Shown here piece after piece: positions 27,401 to 40,608 of a stretch of 64,000 nt of DNA (positions are counted from its first letter, which is position 1; each line of letters begins with the position of its first letter). The stretch spans positions 198,351 to 262,350 of the forward strand of contig NW_018406089.1 of NCBI RefSeq assembly GCF_002113885.1. Reading direction: 5' to 3'. This DNA is from Mizuhopecten yessoensis. Lineage: Eukaryota. The notes beneath the pieces were generated by a model. The model saw only the letters and a program-made list of their open reading frames with translations, did no database searches and was not told the origin of the DNA. Position numbers and translations under genes: made by a program.

Positions 27401-28146
27401 TGAGGTGAGCTTATGCCCTACTGCGGCGGTGTCCATCGTCAATCCGTTGGTGTCTGTCAACTTTTCCTTTAAAACGCCACTAGACCTGAACAGCTCTAAT
27501 GATTGGAGCATCCTTGGGCAAAGGGGACTCAATTTTGTATAAATGGAGGGTGTGGCCCCTCTGAGTGCTGAGGGGCAGGGCCCAATAGGGTAACTTGAGA
27601 TTTAAACCTTTAAATTCTTTTTTCTTCTGTACCATTGGAGGGATTTTATCCAAATTTGGCCTGGAGCATCCTTGGGCAAAGATGACTCAAATTTGTATAA
27701 AAGGAGGATGTAGCCTGCCTTTGGGAAGGAGGACAGGGTCCATTAGGGGAACTTGTGTAAAATCTTCAAAAATATTTTTATAATGCAAGATTCAGTTTAA
27801 TAACATTCTGAAGACAATTTTCTTTTAAATTCCAAAATTGAGCACCCTTTTTCTATGACAATATACATTGTATCAGGAAATTGGATCCAGGATACTTTTT
27901 ATATATCGTGATACACTCCAGGCTTATTGTGACACCCTTAGTTATATTTATACCTGTTTTACCTCTAGAGAGTCTTTGATATGCATCAGGGACTTCAGTA
28001 GTTTAGAATTCTACAGTTATCATGGATTTGATATTTTTGCATTCTTCAGGGAGGCCCACCAGTTGATATCCCATGCTGCATCCAAAGGTGTTAAGGAGGC
28101 CCACCAAGTACTGCATGAAGTTTGCAGCCGCGGGGGCTGCCAGTAG
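21418..28146 (+). CDS. Single-pass membrane protein with Sel1-like repeats (175 aa)
   Basis: Exons 21418-21573, 22965-23106, 23936-23981, 24434-24520, 28050-28146, phase-consistent GT-AG. TM segment ALIIILTLSFAIYAYYYF, then AQHQVGQRYLHGKGVEKHHQKAVEWFRKASDQGHPHAAYNLA (Sel1 consensus). Confidence 0.9.
21900..22745 (-). mobile_element. Degenerate HINE-family element
   Basis: (gtcc)-like tract, core repeats resembling 50008-52340, and a GCGATGCAGGCC..CTTGT terminus; boundaries approximate. Confidence 0.5.
24887..25824 (+). mobile_element. HINE element with core tandem repeats (contains a gap)
   Basis: AACAAGAGGC..CGCTCACCTG start, TTTGACCCCTGTGACCTTGAA core repeats, 3' hairpin AGCTCACTTGGC..GCTAGGTGAGCT. 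Confidence 0.8.
26467..27378 (-). mobile_element. HINE element, same family as 24887-25824, opposite orientation
   Basis: TTAGCTCACCTG..AAGTGAGCT hairpin, about five ~145-bp core repeats, CAGGTGAGCGATGCAGGCCCATTGGGCCTCTTGTT end. Confidence 0.85.
27378..27790 (-). mobile_element. Truncated HINE of the 50008-52340 family, abutting the previous element
   Basis: Hairpin terminus TTAGCTCACCTGGTCCGAAGGACTGAGGTGAGCT is nearly identical to the reverse complement of 52307-52340. Confidence 0.7.
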
Positions 28147-30801
28147 TCAAACAGGATCTGTTCCCATGACAACAAGGTCATCACTGCAGTAACACATGCA
28201 CTTGTCCAGTATTTAATAGATGAAGATTTTTTGATTAATCTTATATTTTTACATATCTGCTGAAATAATTTATGTAATATAAAAACCATTTATGCTGAAA
28301 AATTTATGTTAAAAACGAATTATGTTCAAAATTGAATTGAAGTACTATGTGAGCTGTTCATATTCGCCATAAAGAAATTTATTAGATTTTTTTTTCTCAA
28401 AAAAAGTATTGATGTTGAAAATTTCAAAAATTGTGCAGAAATGAAAATGGGAAAAAAGTGTGATTGTAACTTTTGGTTCTAACATTGCTACTTTTCGAAA
28501 ATTTGTTCATTAGGATATGAGTGATTTATACAATTTTGTAAAGGAAAATTATCTTTTTCCTGATATAAGTATATTACCCTTTTTATAATGGCTCTAAGAA
28601 TTATTTTAAAACTATGCATATTGCACCGACGAAGGATTATTTGATTATTCCTAAGCTGAATCCGTCCTCACCTACAGAATATTGAATGTTACGAGTAGCT
28701 GTAGATTATTTGTTGTTGAGGTATAAACATGTAATATAGAAATGACTAATTTTGATGTTCTTGATAATATTTATTTTCTTATGCTACCTATTCCATTTGG
28801 TTTTTTGCTAAGTTTTATGTTTTAATTAGATTTTTTGTTTTGTTTTGGAAATATTGGGATATTTGCCCTGTTAATATACTATATACAGAATATATTATAC
28901 ATTTCAATGCATTCCTTTCCACTGCACAGATGACAATGAATAAAATGTTAAATAACCACACTTCAGACATTTTATAATCCATAAAGTTTGAAGTACAAAT
29001 GTCATTGTGTATTACAAACCAACTGCTCTAAATATTTAAAAGAAGTGGAGATCTTTTTGTTTAAAAACATTAGCACTTAAGATTAAGAAATATTTTTCTG
29101 GTATAATATCTAAAATCTCCAATTGAAGATCTTGCTAGTGTTCTTATTCCCTGTGCAAAAAAATAAGGTATGGTCAGGATGTTTCTGATGAATATTCATA
29201 TGAATAGACCATGATATTATACATGTGACTTTGTTAGACACATAGTGTGGACGAGTCAAACAAAAAAGATCTTGTAAATCTTGAAACGATACTGTATTTC
29301 TGATATGCATCGGATTTCTATAGCTTTATTTTAATATGGTTCACTTATAACACTGTTTTCATGTTTCAGTTGTTAATTAAATATGATTAAACAAAAATGA
29401 TGCATTCAGTTGTATTTTAAGATTAACATTCAAGTACTTATTGGATTTGTTGAAAGGAAGATGCCCTTTTTTTCACTTTCTAATAAAATTGTAACCTATT
29501 GTAAATTGTAACTTTTACCTATATGTTCCATTGTGTCCAACCTGCTATTCACTTCAATGATCAAGGGGAGATAATCTCAAATTCTGGATTCAAACAGCTG
29601 GATAATTTAACTTCAGTAAGAAAGAAATTTAAAATGCATCTGTAAACTTGTACATAGTTTGTTCAATGAATTGCACTTCACAGTAAAGAACAAATACCAA
29701 TAATAAACTCTCTCAGTATAGTAATTTTGTTTATTTTTATGTTTGTTATTGAGTACAGTGAAAACAGAGGCAATGCTTAAAATATGTAAAAATCATGATG
29801 CTATTGTTTTAGGTACAAGTGAAATACCTAACAAAACAGATCAATAAATAATATATAATTTACAAGGTATGGAATATTTACCATTTGATCCAGCATTGAC
29901 CGACACCAGAAATGGTTAAATGTTACTTGTAAGCTACATGGAGAACGTACAGAATAAGCACAATATAAAAGACAGATCACTACTATGAATAAGCAGATCT
30001 AAATCCATACATGTTTTGGCTACAACCAACCACTATGACGAAAAGCACTGTGGCTTGAATCAGATTCTGAAGTAAGAGAACTCTTCCATGGTGATACTTT
30101 TACAACAGGATATTGATATTACAACGGGATATTGATATTACAAAGCACAACTAGTTTTTATCAAGTTTAAGAATTCTTTTTCACAGAGAGTTGCTAATCA
30201 ATTCAAGCTCCCGTGGATGTATAATACAAATATCAAAATTTAACTGTCTACTGTGTTCGTTGAAGGAATGTTTGAACATTTTAAAACATTATACAAATTT
30301 CAAACATACAAATGTAAGCTTCATATAACTGACATTTGTTGGCAATACTAGAAATGGCCTCTGAGGCCTTATACTATTATAAGTAGGCAGTCAACAGTCA
30401 ACTTTTACTGGTCCTTTTATCCAAAACCATTTCAAAAACAGACTTATAACAAGTAATTGTTCAATTCAAATTCAAATAATTCCAAAATTGAAATTTTAAT
30501 TGTTTATTTTTAGCTAAAAGCTATTAAAGTGTATCATAGTCCATGAAAATAATCTTTTAAGCTACATGAAAGTAACAAAAAATTTGTATTTACATCTTTG
30601 TCAAGAAATCCATTGAAAATATCAAATATTTAATTTCTGGATGGACTATGATTACACCCATTATGAAACAAAAAACCAATTACCGGTAGTGAAATATAAT
30701 TATATGTATACAGTATGTATAATCTGAATGCCTTGGCGTGTCGTTTAAGCTGAAGTCCTATATTGTCCAATTCCTGTAAGGGTCCATGGGGGACTGAATA
30801 T

Positions 30802-33800
30802 TCACGTCTCCTGAGGGTTCTGTATGGTTATTAATAGGAACTCTTTTTCTACAAGATAAAAGATTAGTCAAGTATAACATTATATTAGTAAAAATAATCA
30901 GAAATTATCCATAATCATAAATGTTAACTATCACCACCTTCAAATTTATTTAAGAAAAATATGATAGAATAGACTCATTATTTGTTTATGTACATTTTGA
31001 AACCTTAAAAAGTTCAAATGTTCATGCACCAAGGTATTATTTAGAGACAATTTCTGTTTCAATTTTCAGAAACCCTTTTTATGTCCTACTGAAAAGAAAC
31101 CAAAGCATCTGAAGTCAAATGTATGTGTACTTAAAAGGTTTGGATAAATTGTTTTGACAAGCTTAGTTTATGAAATATGCTTTCTAATAGAGCATGCATA
31201 GCAGCATGGTACAAGGTGATCCAACTGATTTAAAAAAAACAAAAACTTTTATAAATGTGAATTATTCATTTAGATGTAAATACCAGGCATCTAACTTCAA
31301 TACTTCACACACAATGTATTCAGATTTCATAGATTACGAAGTCAAAATATTTTTTACAGTACATTAGCATCAAGTATAGAGTTAACAACTTAATAAGAAA
31401 TAAAAAGGCATGCACAACAGTTCTTTTAAACAACATCTTTTATTGTCAATTAAAATTATGTAAAACAAGCAACATATGGCTAAACAGCACATGTTGTCAT
31501 ACAGTCACAAGTTGTTATATATATCTCAGCTTTTCTGGCAATGACTCAACATAGTTTACACAAATACTTGAACTGCTCTGAGTAAAATAGGCAGCAAAAT
31601 GACACAAAAAACTATTTAGAAAGATCTTCACAGCGAGTTTTTCCATTCATAATGGATTAGGGTTTAATGCCAGAACTTTGCTCCTGACTTGTTAATGGTG
31701 GTCTTGTGCCGTTTTCTGAGAAAGTCATCAGTATTCCTTTACAGTGTTATAGCTCCCTGCTCTCCCTGCACGACCACAAATAAGTAGTCTTTGTCTGTTG
31801 TAAAGATAAAACAAACGGTAAACATTCTATTACACTAAACAAATACTGAAATAGTATTAATGTTTTGGGATTACTAGAAACAAATTCACTTGAATTCAAA
31901 TATGAACAACCTGGTCTATTGTTTGAGAGTTTTCAGTGCTGTACTCTACATGTGTCTGCATATATGTAAACACTTTAAATACTAAATCTGTACTTAATTT
32001 GGATTGTTTTCTTGGAGAAATATCAATTGTAAAGACAGTCAGATTTAAGCTAGAGTTCAATTTAAGATTTTTTAATGATAAAAAATAAAATAAAAAAATG
32101 TTTGATTAAATCTGCTAGTTAAGGAAAGAACTGACTGTAGTGTACATACAGTATTTCTATTATACTTTTATTTTTACACACAGTATAAGTTATGAAAATG
32201 TATACAACAAAACAAAACTTTATCACTTCAATGTTTACAGCTTTTTTCTGTCTATAAAGTTAAACATGTATATAAAAATGAAAATCTGAGATACATATTG
32301 TCAGTTTATATATATATAAAAAAATCAAAAATCAAAAAGTCATTATGTTAAAATTGCACTATTTTAAACAGGAGGCCCACTGAGCATATGTCACTAACAT
32401 GTTTTTTTTGCTATTTGACCTAGACAAGAAGTTAAAACATCTCTGCTAGCTTGAAACCATGGTGGCCATTTCCGATTTTTTATTGACCCAAATAATTAAG
32501 ACTTGATAAGGGCAATGAGCAGAACATTTGATTGACATTTGGTTAAAACTGATCTGGTAAAATTGGGACTTGTCAAAAGTGTCTTTTAAATCAAAGGACA
32601 TGGTAGCCAATTTCAATTTTGAATTGACCTAAAAAATAAGAGCACTTGTCCAGGATATCTGAGCATAGTTGAGATAAAATTCAGTTACAATTTGTCTGTG
32701 GAACTTGAGATGATTTTGAATATGATTCAGCCAATCAAATCAAAATATAACCATCTTTGACTGTGAACTGGTATGAATAACATCACTTGGCAAGGCCATG
32801 GGAGGGAGGTTTATATAAAATTTTGTCAAAATAGGCCTGATGGAAATGGGGATAAGGTATAAATAAACTTTAATTCCCCTGACCCAGGGATACTCCATAC
32901 CGAAATACATCAAATACATTCAACTGTGCTTAGGGAATAGTCTTATAAAATAGAACTCTTGTTTTCCTATATGGACCCAGACCCCATGTCCCTCACACCC
33001 TTTTTAAAAAAAATACAACATAGAATTCCCTTGACCCAGGAAAGTTTGATGTCAAATCTAGTCAATCTTTTGCTGTTCTGGAATATCAGTCTTTAAAAAT
33101 GAAAAGTTGATGATGGATGCCTGACTAAGGTATGCATGCTCACTTGGGCCTTCAGGCCAGGTAAGCTGAAAACATGACACACAATCACAATCAGAAATTT
33201 AAAAGTGAAATGTTATTTTACTTCAATTTCATGATTTTTAAAATAAAAACAAAAAACGAGTACAAATAAAAAATAAGCACATATTATATTATAGGTTAAA
33301 AGTAAGTTTGAACACCGAGGCATTCCATTTACATGCCAAGAAAACAATAAAGTATGGTTATTTCACAGCAAAAAAAAAAATTAGACCAAAAAAGGATGAA
33401 TTCTATGAAATGAATGAAAGTTAGATCATAAATGTGGTTGATAATAAAATGACCAAAAAGCTTATTGATAGTCTAATATGTAGGTGTTGGGATATTTTTT
33501 ATTTCCATATCTACATACCAGGGTAATAACAGATTCTTTTTGCTATATATCTTAATCCTCTGAATATTGCAGTGTTGAAAAGGCAAAGGTACCTTTAAAA
33601 ACAGGAAGGAAAATTTCACTGTAGATCACATCTTCTCCGCTGGAATCAATCTCTGGACTTCAGGAATTTCCATCTTAGCTTTTAAATCTTCCACGCTGAA
33701 TCCTTGTTCTCTCAGAAATCAGTGTTGTAACCACTGTATTGCCACTTGACTTCACATGAAAATGTTTCCATATCTCACAACGACAAGTGCAGATCAACTG

Positions 33801-36800
33801 AATTCTCCAAGAGCAACAAAATACCGAAGCTTGACAGATTTATATTTGTTGAAAATATCAAATTCACAAAATTTTGTGTTTAAAGTTTGATGGAAATGAA
33901 CACAATTTGTATATTACAAAGATTCATTCAACTTTTTAGTTTCAACAGTGGGAGATTTACAGTCTTCATTTCATCTCAAACCATTTGAAATTTCACACAT
34001 ATAGCAATTAAATGTAAGAGCTACTTTAGCCACTAGCCTTGGTATGCCAAGGCCAGTAATTCTACCTGTGGGCAAGTTCATTTTGTAAGAAACAAGCCCT
34101 TATAGATGGGCTAATAAACTTGCGCCTAACATGAATATCCGTATGACACAGTTAAATTGTTTCAAAAAGGAATAAAATATATGCTAATGTTTTTGAAAAC
34201 ATTTTGATAAGGGGCTGGTTGGTGTCAAATTCATGTGGTTCAGTGAGTCAATTTATCATCAAATATCTTAAAGTTGACACCTGTATTGTTGGCATCAACA
34301 ATCAAATAAGACAATCAATGTGATAAAATTGAACCTGTAAAAGACTACAATCCTGTAGTGTAAGTGATGTATTTGTTACATAATTTGGTTATATGATCTT
34401 ACAGAAATGGTCACAATGTAAGTGGATGGCAATGTCGCATTTAATTGCATGAATAGCATAGGAGTTTTCTTTGTTGTTTGATAATTATGACCAAACTTTC
34501 ACTTGGTGTCTTTTTAGCAATGACTAGCAACACATGTGCCAAGGCATCAGTTATGGTAGGACTAGTTCCAAAGGTTTTATATTTAAGATTTGAAGTTAAT
34601 TTCAAAGGTAAGGATATTATGAATTATCCACAATATTATTTCTCTACCAGGATAAAAGACAGCTTAATTTTGTTACAATCTAGCTATTCCATGTTTGAAT
34701 ATTAAGTTGAGTTAAACTAAAGTTGACTAACTACCCAATAAATGGAACTAATCTCATAGCAAGACACACACTGACTTCAATGAATTACAAAGTTAACTTT
34801 CTTCTGAGAATTTATTTTAGAAACACAGTGCATTATTTACCATGTAAACTTCGAAAGTATAATAAAGTATACATATTACCACATGTTACCTATTGCTATG
34901 AAATTTTACAATACATATATATGTATACATTAGCACAGTCATAATGACATGCAGCACCATGTGTTGCTGCAATATGGATTTATTGAATACACTAAGGCAG
35001 ATATGAGTAATATACTTATATAAGTCAGTGTAAGCCTTTGGATAGTTACACAAATCAATCGTTATCGTGAACGTAATATAACATGTATATTTACCTGGTG
35101 CAACCATGATTTCATTCTTTTTTGACCGGACACGTAGAAATGTGAGGTCATTTTGGGGATCAATATCTCGCACTGCACCACGTGCCTTCTGCGTCAGTAG
35201 GGTCAGTGAGTTACAATATTGCACCGTTGTGGAATTATCAAGAGTTGTTCTTATTGGAATTCCTGGGGGGAAAACATTATATATGAATCTTTATGAAAAT
35301 AATTCATGTAAACTGAATAACAAAATAAACCAGAAGACCTGTTTATTATTATCATGTAATCAATATGATAAGATTTTTTTCCGATTTAAATTTCGTGAAA
35401 TGGCAGCAGATTGCCATAACCTGTCAAACATAACATGTGTATCAGTTGTAACCTTTTTTTTCTTAATTAAGCAGACAAGTCAATAAAATATATTTTCAAG
35501 CAACTTTGGCTTTGCTTTAAACTTTATACTTAAAAGTTTTATCATAATCTCATACAATACAAATATATAATTAACTGACTTCAACTTTAATAAGTGGTGT
35601 AGAATGTACAATAAGCCTGCAGCTGAACCTTTTCAGTTTTAAATACTACTCCATCTGTTTTTAAGCTACAGGTTTAGCTGTTCACAATCAAATTGACAAA
35701 GCCATTATCACTACTAATATCAATGCTCATCTAATCTGTCATTATTTTCAGGTAATATCAATGCTCATCTAATCTGTGGAGTGTCCTTACTTTCAGGTAA
35801 TATCAATGTTCGTCTAATCTGTCCTTACTTTCAGGTAATATCAATGTTCGTCTAATCTGTCCTTACTTTCAGGTAAACTGTCACATTGTGGATCACCCAA
35901 TGTAATGGCATTCAGAACACAAATTGTATTTATCACAAGACTGCATGAACTCATTTGTTTGCAGTACATGCTATACTTGTATGTACCTCTAACATGTGAT
36001 ATCAGTATCATCATACCACGTACCAGTTCGATTCTAACTTCAGTGTTTTCTTTAGGCAATATCTATATATTATATATACAAAAAACATCCCAAGTTCTCT
36101 TGTGATGTTAAGTTAAATACAAGAGAAATGACATAAAGAGTTTTTTATTAATTCCCTCATGAACCTCTAAAGAGGTGGAAGTATTGTGTACATGAAGTCA
36201 TGGCATTCTGAATCATATAAAACTATTTGCATGAATCAAGATGATGACAAAGTAATGTGTTAAAAAAGATCTTTACCTAAAACATCATTACTTGTTTCCC
36301 AAAACTTAAATGAAATAGAAAGTTATTATAAAGTATTAAATAAAAAAATATATCCAAATCATCAATTGATCGTAACAGTTAAGTACTGTGCTATAGACTT
36401 CTTACCTTCAGAATTAACGACAATTGTGCCGATCACACCCTTGTGGGCCTGTATCCTTTTTAGGGTTTCTTCTACCGATGTCGCCTAGCAACAAAAAAAA
36501 TTAGCTGAATTAATGCCACGTGAAAGAAGATGTACCAATTGTTATATTGATACTTAATTGTTTTGGTACAGTGTGTTCTTTTGACTACGGCTACATTGCT
36601 GGAAATGATGACTGTTGACACATTTGAAGATTAAAATTTATTAATAAAAAGCATTTTTGAGAAGAGTTGTTATAACTTATTCATTTTAGAAACTGTTAAA
36701 TTTGGGTCCTGTCCTTATTGTTAAAATTGGGTAAAGCGCATTGGGTATTGGATCATATTTGTCTTTTTAGTGTACTAATTTTTAATATTGTAGCCAGATA

Positions 36801-37332
36801 ATTTTTCTCATTCTTCACTTTTTCGGAGCTTTGGTTATGAATTATTCCGAATTATTCTGACGTTTAATCGACTTTTTTCATACCGGTCTGTCGTCGATTA
36901 ACGTTAATCGACGACAGACCGGTATGAAAAAAGTCGATAAAACGTCAGAATAATTCGGACTAGTTATGAATAAGCATAGAGGAAGGATATATGTCCAGCT
37001 TTTCAGAGCAGATTAACTCATTGCCGGTCTACTATTAACTACAAATATGAATACACATATGAAAGAAAAAGATATGATAAGAAGGAAACTGTGTTATCAT
37101 GACAGAATATCAATTGCTAACACAATAAACACAAAACATGCTTTACTCTAGATATGTTGACAACCATTCATGAGATGTCAACACGACAGGACATGAACGG
37201 AACTGTTCGTGAAATCTGCAAAATAGATAACGGGTACTGTATGCAGGTAAAGTCATTTCCATAAATTTTCGCAGTGAATCAACAGACGTATATGTAATCT
37301 TTGTGAATATTATAAAATCCATACTTTACCAT
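30802..37332 (-). CDS. DYNLRB: Dynein light chain roadblock-type, isoform with the distal last exon
   Basis: Exons 37330-37332 (ATG), 36406-36484, 35095-35262, 30802-30848 give [40 protein letters not shown]...[37 protein letters not shown]. Confidence 0.95.
31739..31794 (-). CDS. DYNLRB: Alternative proximal last exon of roadblock ([18 protein letters not shown])
   Basis: Phase-compatible acceptor at 31795, DKDY start typical of roadblock C-termini, own AATAAA at 31439-31444. Confidence 0.85.
32367..33170 (+). mobile_element. Degenerate HINE-family element
   Basis: AACAGGAGGCCC start, cores like 3186-3737, 3' hairpin GCTCACTTGGGCC..GGCCAGGTAAGC. Confidence 0.55.
35717..35876. repeat. ~38-bp tandem repeat x4
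   Basis: aatatcaatgytcrtctaatctgt..ttttcaggt repeated. Confidence 0.8.
36843..36962. mobile_element. 120-bp spacer-less palindromic MITE with 9-bp TSD
   Basis: Near-perfect 60-bp arms centred on 36902/36903; TSD GTTATGAAT at 36834-36842 and 36963-36971. Confidence 0.88.
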
Positions 37333-38249
37333 TCTAAATATAACGCGTGTTGTCGACTGCTAAATTCCTCACGTCTGTTGCCAATGACAGTTCTCGAGTG
37401 GATTCCGCATGCGTGACACGAAATGTAATATCCGGTTTAAACTAAATTTGAAAACGGCAATCGGACCACGCTCGTCCATTTCCGTGAAATGACATCATTT
37501 GGTGGAAACAATCTAATTAGATCTACGAATCGCTTCCTGTTTATGCGATAGGAAGGTCCTCTTTTAATTAATTTGAGGAAGAGAAAACACATGAATATGT
37601 TGGTCGATATTTTGTTGAAGCTACTGAAATTTTCAAGATTTTTTCCGCGGCGGCATTTTCCTACTAACTTAGCCGTGGCCATAAGGCCTGTATGTTGTTC
37701 TGAATTAATCTATTGAAGCAAAATTTATACATGTTTCAGTGTCACTAAAATATTGAAAAAACACCCCATTGATTATGATAGTCGATCTGTACGTACCTTA
37801 GCTAGTTATACTATTCTGTGACCAGTGGCGGATTTTTAGCCTGAATCTGGGAAACCCCATCACTTTAATAGATTTAATGAATATGGCTATATTTACAGTA
37901 TTATATTAACAATACCTAATATCTCAGCAGTTCAAAAATTCATATTCAATTGGTTTGATATCTATTCCGTGCATTATCGCTGCTAGAAATTATTTAATCG
38001 TTAATTAATATTGTTTCCTGTATTCATAAATGCCGTTTTGGGGAAATTTGGACTGTTTTCTGCCATAGCTCTTTAAGTATATATTTTAGCTTGTCTTGTA
38101 TTTTGTAAAAAGTATAACGTAAATGTAATGTATACGTATTGATATATTTGACTGTAAACTCTTACTATTTAGTTATTGTTATAGTTTAGTTTAAACATAT
38201 TTTATTGCCATGCAAATGGATTGGGCATAAGTTATTAAACTTATATTAN

Positions 38250-38659
38250 TAAGAATATTTATTTGTTGGATATATATTTTTTAAGTTTTAATATTTTTTA
38301 GGGGTATGAAATTGATAAAACTAAATAATAAATACTTATTCCCTCAAAAGGGCTACTGCATATTGTTTATCATTTAAACAATAACTGGTTGTCTGGATGT
38401 AATTATTGTTGATATAATTACAAGTGGCCTCTGGCAAATCTACCATAAAACCGCTAGGTTTTATGGTAGATTTGCCAGAGGCCACTTGTAATTATATCAA
38501 CAATAATTACATCCAGACAACCAGTTATTGTTTAAATGATAAACAATATGCAGTAGCCCTTTTGAGGGAATAAGTATTTATTATTTAGTTTTATCAATTT
38601 CATACCCCTAAAAAATATTAAAACTTAAAAAATATATATCCAACAAATAAATATTCTTA
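38250..38659. repeat. Perfect inverted repeat, 203-bp arms with a 4-nt loop (possible assembly artefact)
   Basis: 38250-38452 is the reverse complement of 38457-38659; it begins immediately after the single N at 38249. Confidence 0.8.
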
Positions 38660-40462
38660 AGCTAACATATCACATGCACAGAAAAGCTCCAGGTCAGACA
38701 CGTAACTTTAACACAGGTAAGTTACCTGTGGAGTAAGTATGAAACAGATTATAATTGGTTTGCCATTGTCTTCCTATATCAACACTTTTCTTTGTTCTAT
38801 AAAAAGTGGGGGAACTGTGAAAAACCCTGGCAGTTGAGAGAGGACTATACCATCTGTTGGAATTAGGTATATTGTTATAGCTATAGGTAAAGTGTTATTT
38901 CAAAGGTAGAGTCAATTTCATGATAGATATACCTGTATTTTCACCTGTGGTTTCATGTACACATGATCACCAGGAGCGATTTATTAGACCAATTAAAAAA
39001 TATAGATTTCAAAAATTTCAAAGACAATATAGCACCCTCCTTAGCATCACTTTATCAGGTGTATAATAACCAATGTTAGCAGAAAAGCCTTGCATGTTTA
39101 ACCTTTTCATTAGGTGTGCCCGTGTACATAGGTATACGTACAAATTCACAATAAAAGACAAACAGTTAATTCCTATTTATGACAAAATAAATCAATATTT
39201 AATAGCCAAAATGCTCGCCTAAACTTCATGAACATGAAGGGCATGACACAAACGTCAACATTTTAACCAAAAACCTACATTTTTACCATTGTTTTTGAGA
39301 ATTTGTTAACACTCGCCCCGCTCGGCCATCACAAAATATAAATACTCCATGTTATAAAATATAACCTGGAAAAATACCGCAAACTCAGAAAATTATTCTA
39401 TGCATCACTCGACCTGTTTGACAATGAAAATAATGTCCGATACATTCTTGCTTCCTACGCTTGGCAGTGCTTGAAATAGTTTAATATTACATCTTCAGGA
39501 AAAATAATCGCCTCGCTCCGTTCGGCAGGGAAATAATACTTGTCACAATCTCAGATTTAATGATGTTCTTTATATCATTTTGGGCCCAGAAAGTAGTATA
39601 CACGTACAACCGACATGACAATTCTGATTTATTAGTTTTAGATAAGTGCCAAAAATTGTCTTTTTCTGAATTTAAAATTTTTGGCAACACCCAAAATTAA
39701 TTCCTGGCCCCCAACCCCCCTGGTGACGACTTCACGTATATTGTAAAATGGTGTAAGCATTGAAAGATATTTCTTTTAAGAATTCTTTCCCAAATCTCTC
39801 AAGAATCCAATCAATGTTGAGAAAGGGTGAAGGGGAGGGAGATGAAACTTCCTAACTCACACATGAATGTATATCCTCTCCTTTTGAGCTATGACCCCGG
39901 GACCCCATTCTCAGATTACCCTTGTCGAACGGCCGTTCAACTTTCATGTTGGCCAGATTTTATCACGGCACTAGGGCACACCTCTGTATGAAACAGGAGG
40001 TCATTATACAGTGTGACTTATATGACAGTATAATTTGTGAACATTTAACATTCGAGGGTTGTGATAATAAAATGATCACAGTACGATATGTATTCATATC
40101 CAGTATATCATAAACCAACAGGAACAAGCCTAATGAAGACCAACCCCTTACGCTACGAGACTGCCCTTTTACTGAAGCCGGGTGGGTACACACTTCTTGA
40201 GCATGAAATTTCGCAAAATATTGCTGTTTAGATTGGAACCATGTCTGGCGCAATTTTTGACAAGGTCCTTGGTTAGAAAGATCATCGCCTTCGTTTTAAA
40301 AACAAGGTTTCGTGCTGTAAAAGGTTTCAGATGTTCCGGTTAAAATATAGAGATATATTGTACTTGGTTGCCAGTTGGATCTTGCACTTGTCCTGGTGTT
40401 CTGGTGGAAGGTCTCTGCTGATGAGGATAACCCCTTTGGTGGAGTATGTTGGTAAACTCTCC

Positions 40463-40608
40463 TGTAATAGGAGCGGGTAAATGCGCTATCACTGAGGAGA
40501 CCGGGATTCGAACCCGGGACCCTCCGAACTCTAGACGGACGCGCTACTAATTGAGTTACCTGGTCGCCGGCACACGATCAAGTCCAGTGTGCTTTATTCT
40601 TCTTCACA
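40463..40608 (-). mobile_element. tRNA-like sequence inside a TGT...ACA-bounded unit (Helenus-like solo LTR, or SINE head / pseudo-tRNA)
   Basis: Minus strand GACCAGGTAACTCAATTAGTAGCGCGTCCGTCTAGAGTTCGGAGGGTCCCGGGTTCGAATCCCGG has a perfect T-arm/B box but a broken acceptor stem. Termini TGTGA..TTACA; no clear TSD. Confidence 0.55.

Noticed and set aside
34586-34650. Third roadblock terminal exon (..IILWIIHN..)
   Set aside because: The first AG gives an immediate stop (EK*) and similarity is weak.
40490-40566. Functional tRNA gene
   Set aside because: The acceptor stem has two C-C mismatches and the D and anticodon stems are imperfect; treated as element-derived.
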